39,159 bases of DNA from Spirogloea muscicola (lineage: Eukaryota): NCBI GenBank assembly GCA_009602725.1, contig WELB01000023.1:85124-124282 (forward strand), given 5' to 3'. This document shows, in pieces, positions 32,171-39,159 of the stretch; within the stretch, counting starts at the first letter, position 1, and every line of letters begins with the position of its first letter. The notes beneath the pieces are model-generated. The model saw only the letters and a program-made list of their open reading frames with translations. It made no database searches and was not told the DNA's origin. The position numbers and the translations under genes are program-made.

Positions 32171-35100
32171 ATGCACTCCCTCGTCCCGTATAGCTACCGG
32201 CCTCTCTGCAACGACGCGGCAGATGACCTTTCGTAAGAGGCGGTGCCTATCAATGCCTTGCGGTAAGCCTGTTGGATGGCAGTGGCGTGCGCTCTCTACT
32301 GAGATTAGTGGCGCTTCCATCTGCGAGATGTCACGAGATTGCACCATCGTCAGTTGCTGCAGGCCCTGCAATTAGCGAGTGATCACCAGAAACTGTCGCT
32401 GGCACGTCAATGTTTGTCACTATGAGCTTGCCATCTGATCTAGTGCACATGGTACGTGCGATGGCCGCAGGCTTAGTTGGTGTAAGACGTCGAGAAGGTC
32501 TTCTGCTGTCAGCTTGGGCGCGTTTGCAGCTTCTTTGGCCTTGGCAGCGAGAGGCAACTCAAGGGGCGAGATCTTATCTTATTGTGCATCTTCAATTGAT
32601 GGGGGCAGCGTGAGTCTCTCAGTGCTTTTCCACAGTAGGCAAAGAACGATTCGTGGCAACATGTGTGCTGTCAAGTACAAGACAGCAAACTGAAGCTTAC
32701 ACAACCAGACACCTGAGATGGATTATCAATTGCTGGAGTGCAAAGCTGAAGCATTTCTATGTCCTGAGCAGCGGCGATGGCTCGGCTCCAGGAGACCAAT
32801 GTGAAACAGTCAAAGGCTTCACCTTCAGCCCGCGTCCTGGGAAAGCACACACGCTCGACCCTGCTTACTCGGCTCCAGAGTTAGACTCGGATGCTGGGGA
32901 GGAACCTCTGAAGGTGGTCAATGGCACTACTGATGAACATGACGACGAGTTTGAGGTGGCCATGAGCAAAATGAGCAACTTGTCAAGCCCATGTTCATGG
33001 TTAACAGCACCACTCAGACCAGTACTGAGCACTCTGGAGTGGCTTAGAACCTTGAGGGCAGCATTTGGGCCGCAGTTTGTTGCTGTTGTGATGATCATAT
33101 ATGGAGTCAGTCAGGGCTATGGGGAGTCATTACAGGAAATATCAACAAACTACTATTGGAAAGATGTCCAACAAGTTGAGCCTGCCTCAGCCCAGGTCTA
33201 CCAGGTAGGCGGTCGCTCTGGAAACGCCTTCACATCAAGTGATGTCCTATCTTATGATTTGTTAAAAAGACCATGCTTGCCAGATGGTATGCAAGGGAGT
33301 AAGAGACTACCTCAAGCATTGGGTGCCTGCAATCTTATATTGAATGTTGAGAATTGAAGCAAGCCCGTCTCACTGTCAGGCCCTTGCTGACTTGCCATGG
33401 AGTGTCAAGCCTATCTACGGTCTTCTCTCTGACACGCTACCCATTGGAGGGTATGTGCCAAACTATCCTGACATCTACTCGCAAGTCCTTGTGGAGTTGC
33501 ATGTTCTGCCACAAGACAATCACCTGATTGACAAATAGCTTAACTCAAAGCTGATGGTGACAACGAGCTTCTACTGCCAGGTACAAACGCTGGCCATACC
33601 TGGCTCTTGCAGGTTTGACAGGGGCTCTCTGCTGGTGGGCGCTTGTCCTAATCCCTTGTTCACCCACCATGGCGACCACCTTGCTGATGGGGGTCGGCTT
33701 ATCCATGGCCTTCCCTGATGTAGTCGTTGATGCGGCTATTGCGCAGAAGAGTAGACAAGTACCAGCCCTGGCTGGTGACCTCCAGGTATGGACTTCACCC
33801 TGCTTGTGCAGATGTGGTTCTGCCGTTTCTTGGCATCTCCTTGTCTGTATCTTGTGAGATCTTGGAAGCTCAGAGCCAAGGAAGAAGACTGAAGCATGAC
33901 CAATAGTAGTTCATAATGATCTAGTCAATTGTCATATGGCAAGCTTGGCTGAAGAGATGGGGTTACATCATTAGCAGGAGCCAGGTGACCAAATGTTGCA
34001 TCTTGTGGCAGAGTCTCTCTTGGGGAAGCTTAGCAGTGGGTGGCTTGTTTGGAACTGCAATCAGTGGGCCCGCTGTCAGCACCTTCAGTCCAACGGGCTG
34101 CTTTTGGCTCCTGTCGCTGGCCCCTCTGTTGGTCTTCACTGTAGCCTGGGTACTCCCAGAAGATCGGTTACCAACACACCTCAGGATGTTCCGCCTTGCA
34201 AAGGTCGTTGAAATTGGTCAGCTGTTCTGGCAAACAGTCAGGCAGCGCAGCTTTTGGATGCCGGCGTTGTATATATACCTCCAGGTATGCTCATCACTGA
34301 TCAGCTCCACCGCTATGCAACCAAGCAAGAAGCTGGTAGTCCTAGCTTGTTCTGGTGCTCCAGTTTGTCGGTGGTCTATTTCTCAGGAGATACCTCTGCC
34401 ATGTCAAGTTACCAGTCGGTAAAGGGTATGACTGAGCAATGCTTGGAGGCCACCTAGGAGTGGTCAAGGTTCTTCACAAGCTTATCACATCCAACTGATC
34501 TTGCGCCTCTCATCGAGCAGAAAGCCATGAGCCCCAACATAACAGAAGCACTCTTCTATTGGTGCACCAGTGGCGCTGATGGTCCACACTTCGAAGAGGA
34601 GTTCATGGGGCTCGTTGGCATGACTGCTTACATTGGTATGATACTTGGCGTCATAATATACAACCGCTGGTTCAAGCTACAACCCTTACGCCAGATTTCC
34701 CTCTGGGCTCAGGTGTGCCCTGCTTGTTACATTGTCTAGAAGCTTTCTCGCTTTGGTCTCTGATTGAGCATTGAAGTGAAACTGTTTTTGTCCAAGAATG
34801 CAGTGAAGTGCAGGAGTAGGTGAAGAAGGGTGCATAGGCTGCTCTGCATCAGCAGATGCTTACTATGACATGTGATGGAATGTGCAGGTGTTGATGACCG
34901 TAGGTGGTATGCTCGACTTGATTCAAGTCACCAGAGTCAATCTTAGGATTGGCATACCAGACAAAGCCTTCATCCTTGGCGATGCTGCCATTGTGGATGT
35001 CTTCCAACGTTTGCAACTTATGCCTATGCTGGTGCTGGCTGCAAGACTCTGTCCTCCAGGTATAGAGGGAACGCTCTTTGCTTTCCTCATGTCACTTTCT

Positions 35101-35376
35101 AACTTCGGGTCCCTGACGGCTCGATGGCTAGGTTCAGTGCTAATAACAGCTGTAGGAGTCAGGAAGGATCACTATGATCTTCTCTGGCTGGCCGTGTTGA
35201 TAAGGACATGTATGCGACTCCTACCCATCTGCGTCCTCTTCCTATTGCCACCTGGAGACGGGAGTGTTGAGCTAGCACCTGTATTTTCCCGTCTTCCTGA
35301 GGATGACCAAGAGGGCGACTCGCAACCTGCAGCATTCTCAAAGCTTGAGCTAGGGCATCCTGGCCACGATTTGTAA
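32171..35376 (+). CDS. Folate/biopterin transporter (BT1 family, MFS), ~574 aa
   Basis: Exons 32171-32232, 32772-33204, 33380-33450, 33581-33785, 34012-34284, 34521-34712, 34888-35376 join in frame (1725 nt). Motifs YYWKDVQQVEP, LPWSVKPIYGLLSDTLPIGGYKRWPY, DVVVDAAIA, NLRIGIPD and LAARLCPPGIEGTLFAFLMSLSNFG are typical of BT1. Exon 1 is less certain. Confidence 0.93.
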
Positions 35377-36317
35377 TTGATATTTACAGTACTCAAGACC
35401 TCCCTACCTCAGTCTCTTCAGATTGCTGGTCCCGAGCTGCAGCTAATACCAGCCTGCGTCTGTCTGCGAACACCAAAGAGAGAGAACAAATGCACCTTAC
35501 TTACAGGGCTGGTGAGATTGGATCTGTGCGGTTCCTGAGACGAAGTAACACATGTGCCACTTTACACTGCTGAAGTAGATTTGTCCCCATGGCATACTTC
35601 TGCTGTCGACCAAGAAGAGGATAGAACTCCTTGACGCCTGAATTGGTGAAATGCTAACAAGAAGGACACTTCAGAATCAGCACCCCGCACCATTTAGTGA
35701 CTTGATCATGGCTTCTGCAGGAGCTTAATTTAGCAGTGGATATTCTCTGCAAAGTGGAAGCGTTTACTAGTGGACAGGAAGGAACATGCAGGTCAAAGTT
35801 CATGGGCAGATGGGAAGGGCAAGGGAAAAAAGGATGTGCACCTGGATTGTGCTCTGAAAAGTGAAGCTCAGCCGCACCTTTCAATGAGCCTCATTGGTAG
35901 TAATAGTGGCCAGCCTCGATAGGTCGTTACAATAGGGGGAGGGGAAGCTTGACGAAGATGCAGCACAAAGGTGAGGAATCAAACTGCAGGAGGGGCTTTG
36001 ACAGACCCGCTAGAATTAGGACAGGCCTGCCAGCTCTTAGCTCGAAATGAATGGCCGGGAGCAGTGACATAATGGCTCGTCTCAACGAATCTGGTGATCT
36101 GGTGGAACAGCCTAGCAGGCTAAGATTAGTCTAACTCTGCCTAGTGAGCCGTGGGTGCGCTCCCTGTGAAGTAGTAGTGCTCCAGCACATTGGGCTTCTC
36201 CTGATGCTGAGGTGGCCTGCGCTGCTCCTTGCTTGCGCCCTAGCTATGGCTGCTTCCCACCCTGAGTGACCTGTGACCACGGCTATGCAAGAGACTACAG
36301 CGAATGGGAGCTTCAGA

Positions 36318-36466
36318 AAAGAAAGTGGCTCTCCCAAAAGGCGACAAGGGCTGTGAACAGCCAGCCCGACAACATCCGAAGGAGCCAAAAGCGCTTTCTC
36401 TAAAGCTTCTGGCCCCTTCGAACTTTTGTCAATTCTTTTTGGGCTGGCTTTTCACAGCCCTTGCCC
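36318..36466. mobile_element. Two family C tips in opposite orientation
   Basis: 36318-36400 (-) and ~36405-36466 (+) both carry gggctggct.ttcacagccc. Confidence 0.7.
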
Positions 36467-37820
36467 TAAGAAAGACAAGCACAGAAAGAGACAAAGCAGC
36501 TACGAATCACTCAGTAACCCCTGCTAAGCAGTCGCAGGTCAGAGATGCTAGGCTCCTGGAAGTGGGTCCCCTGGCCAGAGCCAGAGGCAGCAGCGAGGGC
36601 TCTGCCGGCACGCAGGTGCAGCGCACGGGCCATAGACCTCTGCAGCGAGACGCCCAGGCGCATTCGGTATACCTGCGCGAGCGACCAGGCTGCAGGAAAG
36701 TCCACCGGCTCCCCATGGAAGCGGCGGGTGATGGCGTGGCGGGCGAGCTGGTTGAGCAGCTCGAGCCACCGAGCACCCAACGCCCCATGGGTGTCGATAG
36801 CCAGCGGGAAGAAATCGTCTTCCAGCGGATGGTCAGCATACTTGAGATTTTTTGCCCGAGCGGCGCAGGCAACCGCATACTCAGCCTTGGTGGCACACTG
36901 GGCTGGGTGGGAGCGGTCGAATGCGTCGGTAGTCAAGGAGAAGACGTGGCCCACGGGCTTATGGGGTGGCCACAAGGTCTACACGACGTGCCTGGAGACC
37001 GTCGGCCCTTTCCTGGAGCGGCATGACGCCGGGGTGCTCCGCGGCCACCAAGAAGCCAGCCTCCACCAGGATGCCATGCATCGCATCCCGGAGGCGGTCA
37101 TGGGCCACTGTCCGCTCTCCGCCGTGCGAACAGCGAAGAACGTGAGCAGCCAGCTCCCCCGGCTCGGCCCCGCGCTCACCACACTCGCATTGACGCACGC
37201 CCTGGAGGCATGGCGGCGGCAGGCCAAGGAGCCGGTGGACGGCACTTCGGAATACCTCGTCCGGGAGGGCGAGGGCGTCGTTGAGTGGGAGGGCCTGGAG
37301 CCACGCCGCTGCCCCCGGGGAAGAGGCCGATTGAAGTCTCGCGCGCCCGCGCAGGTCGGCCTCGGGGAGCTGTCGCACGGCGGTGGTGTAGGCGGCCTTG
37401 TCGACCACGGCCGCGAAGCGCGCTTGGACGCGCATGTCAGCGGTGTGCGTGAGATGCGCAAAGGAGACCGCCTGGCCTGCCAGGTCCGGGTGCGCCGCGA
37501 GCAGCTCCTGGTGGGCGGAGCGGAGCGACACCTGGAACGGCAGCGCGCCCATGTCGACCTCCATCACCGCCTGCTCCAGTGCACACCGGCCGTGGACCAT
37601 GAAGCGCTGGGCCACGGAGGCGGCAGTCTGCGCCCAGCTGCCGAGGTATGCAGCCCGACAAGAACGGGCCGAGAAGAAGAGGCCAAGACCGCCGTGGCTG
37701 AGGGGTACCGCCGCCTGGTGGATAGCGGCTGGCGACTGGAGGAAGCCCTGGTGGCGGACCAGGGCCGCCAAGCTGGCCACCATGCCTGCGTCCAACTCCG
37801 CGTACGCCGCCAACGCCCCT
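36467..37820 (-). mobile_element. CRE-like non-LTR retrotransposon (family B), 3' ~1.3 kb: post-RT region, CCHC knuckle, RLE; disabled
   Basis: QAAVPLSHGGLGL, AAYLGSW, ARLQSASSPGAAAWLQALP, CECG..HVLRCSHGGERTVAHDRLRD, RRVDL..*..RLLLD (stop plus small deletion), AKNLKYADHP..FFPLAIDTHGALG..RLGVSLQR..SDLRLLSRGY*. Confidence 0.9.
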
Positions 37821-38468
37821 GGGCGTTGTAAGCGGACTTTGACGCAGGCATGGTGGCGAGCTTGGCGGCCCTGGTCCGCCACCAGGGCTTCCTCCAGTCG
37901 CCAGTTGCTATCCACCAGGCGGCGGTACCCCTCAGCCACGGTGGTCTCGGCCTGCGCCCGCTCGCTCGGTCTTGTCGGGCTGCATACCTCGGCAGCTGGG
38001 CGCAGACTGCCGCCTCCGTGGCCCAGCGCTTCATCATGGTCCACGGCCGCGTACGCCGCCAACGCCCCTGGGCGTTGTACGCGGAGCTTGACGCAGAGGC
38101 ATGGTGGCGAGCTTGGCGGCCCTGGCCCGCCACCAGGAAAATGCGTGTATATTAAGAGATGGGGAGGCCATGTGTGGCCAAGTACAAAGGCAAGCACATT
38201 GGACAAAAAGGGAAGCCAGGAAGGGCTCGCCCATTGAGGATAGGGGCTGGAAAAGGCCAGCCCAAAAAAGAAAATGAACAAAGTACGAGAAGGAAATCTC
38301 GTGTATTTGAAACAAACAGGGGGCCAGAGGAAGCGCTAAGAAAAACAAAGCACACCAGGGCTTCCTCCAGTCGCCAGCCGCTATCGCCTGGTCCCCTTCT
38401 TGTACTCTGCTCATTCTTTTTTGGGCTGGCTGCTCCAGCCCATATCCTCAATGGGCGAGCCCTTTCTT
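37821..38468. mobile_element. Rearranged CRE-like scraps (fold-back arms, E-type UTR, B tips in both orientations)
   Basis: 37821-38048 and 38070-38135 (+) mirror 37590-37820 (-). E UTR (-) ~38140-38200, B tip (-) ~38220-38350, B tip (+) ~38390-38468. Confidence 0.75.
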
Positions 38469-39159
38469 CTGCTGGGGGTCCCCATCGGCGCGCCGTCCTT
38501 CGTGGAGGGGCAGCTGCGAGCCCGCCTGGCGGAGCACCTTCAGCCTGCGGCCCGGCTTCCCGAGCTGGACGACATGCAACTATCGCTGGCCATATTGACC
38601 AGGGCCATTGGGCAGCGGCCCCAGTACCTGACGCGGGCCACTCCGCCGTCCCCTGGGGCGTTGGCAGCGTATGCAGATTTCGATGCAAGCATGGTGGCGA
38701 GCTTGGCGGCCCTGGTCCGCCACCAGGGCTTCCTCCAGTCGCCAGCAGCTATCCACCAGGCGGCGCTACCCCTCAGCCACGGTGGTCTCGGCCTGCGCCC
38801 GCTCGCTCGTTCTTGCCGGGCGGCATACCTCGGCAGCTGGGCGCAGACTGCCGCCTCCGTGGCCCAGCGCTTCTTGGTCCACGGCCGGCGGGCACTGGAG
38901 CAGGCGGTGGCGGAGGTCGACATGGGCCCGCTGCCGTTCCAGGTGTCGCTTCGCTCCGCCCACCAGGAGCTGCTCGCGGCGCACCCGGACCTGGCCGGCC
39001 AGGCGGTATCCTTTGCGCACCTCGCGCACACCGCCGACTTGCGCGTCCAAGCGCGCATCGCGGCAGTGGTCGACAAGGCCGCCTACACCACCGCCGTGCT
39101 CCAGCTCCCCGAGGCCGACTTGCGCGGGCGCGCGAGACTCCACTCGGCCTCTTCTTTTT
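38469..39159 (+). mobile_element. CRE-like ORF fragment: end of RT domain (LGVPIG) and thumb/linker, open to window end
   Basis: Stop-free frame from 38469: LLGVPIGAPSFVEGQLRARL...PQYLTRATPP...QAALPLSHGGLGLRPLARSCRAAYLGSW...ARLHSASS. It is absent from the ORF track because no stop falls inside the window. Confidence 0.88.

Noticed and set aside
36304..37831. Plus-strand ORFs of 240 and 428 aa
   Set aside because: They are antisense shadows of the GC-rich CRE ORF on the minus strand and carry no independent motifs.
1..39159. Telomeric-repeat, SL-RNA, rRNA or snRNA targets expected for site-specific RLE elements
   Set aside because: No TTTAGGG/TTAGGG arrays or recognisable structural RNA genes flank the insertions.

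Overview
Eukaryotic, intron-rich green-plant-lineage genomic DNA (inferred: a streptophyte alga or early land plant; draft assembly with two N gaps at 3971-4104 and 9443-10312). Six spliced host genes can be reconstructed by hand: a GH79 heparanase-like/beta-glucuronidase gene (+), a short unknown gene (-), a 12-exon LEA/hydrophilin-like gene (-), two tandem 2-exon Cys-rich small membrane-protein genes (+) and a BT1 folate/biopterin transporter (+). The intergenic space holds remnants of a Ty3/gypsy-type LTR retrotransposon (4 LTR-like copies, 2 gag relics). It also holds dozens of short 3'-end fragments from at least 5-6 families of a CRE-clade non-LTR retrotransposon with a C-terminal restriction-like endonuclease. 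These 3' ends are stacked, nested and inverted in mosaic clusters, often just upstream of host genes. They share a terminal protein motif (SDLxLLTRGY-stop) and a spacing-conserved 3' tip (TGGC-N27-29-GC-pyrimidine tail). One family repeatedly sits at the same position inside the tip of the others. All exon coordinates, alignments and counts were derived by eye. No database search was run, and assembly chimerism cannot be excluded for the repeat mosaics.
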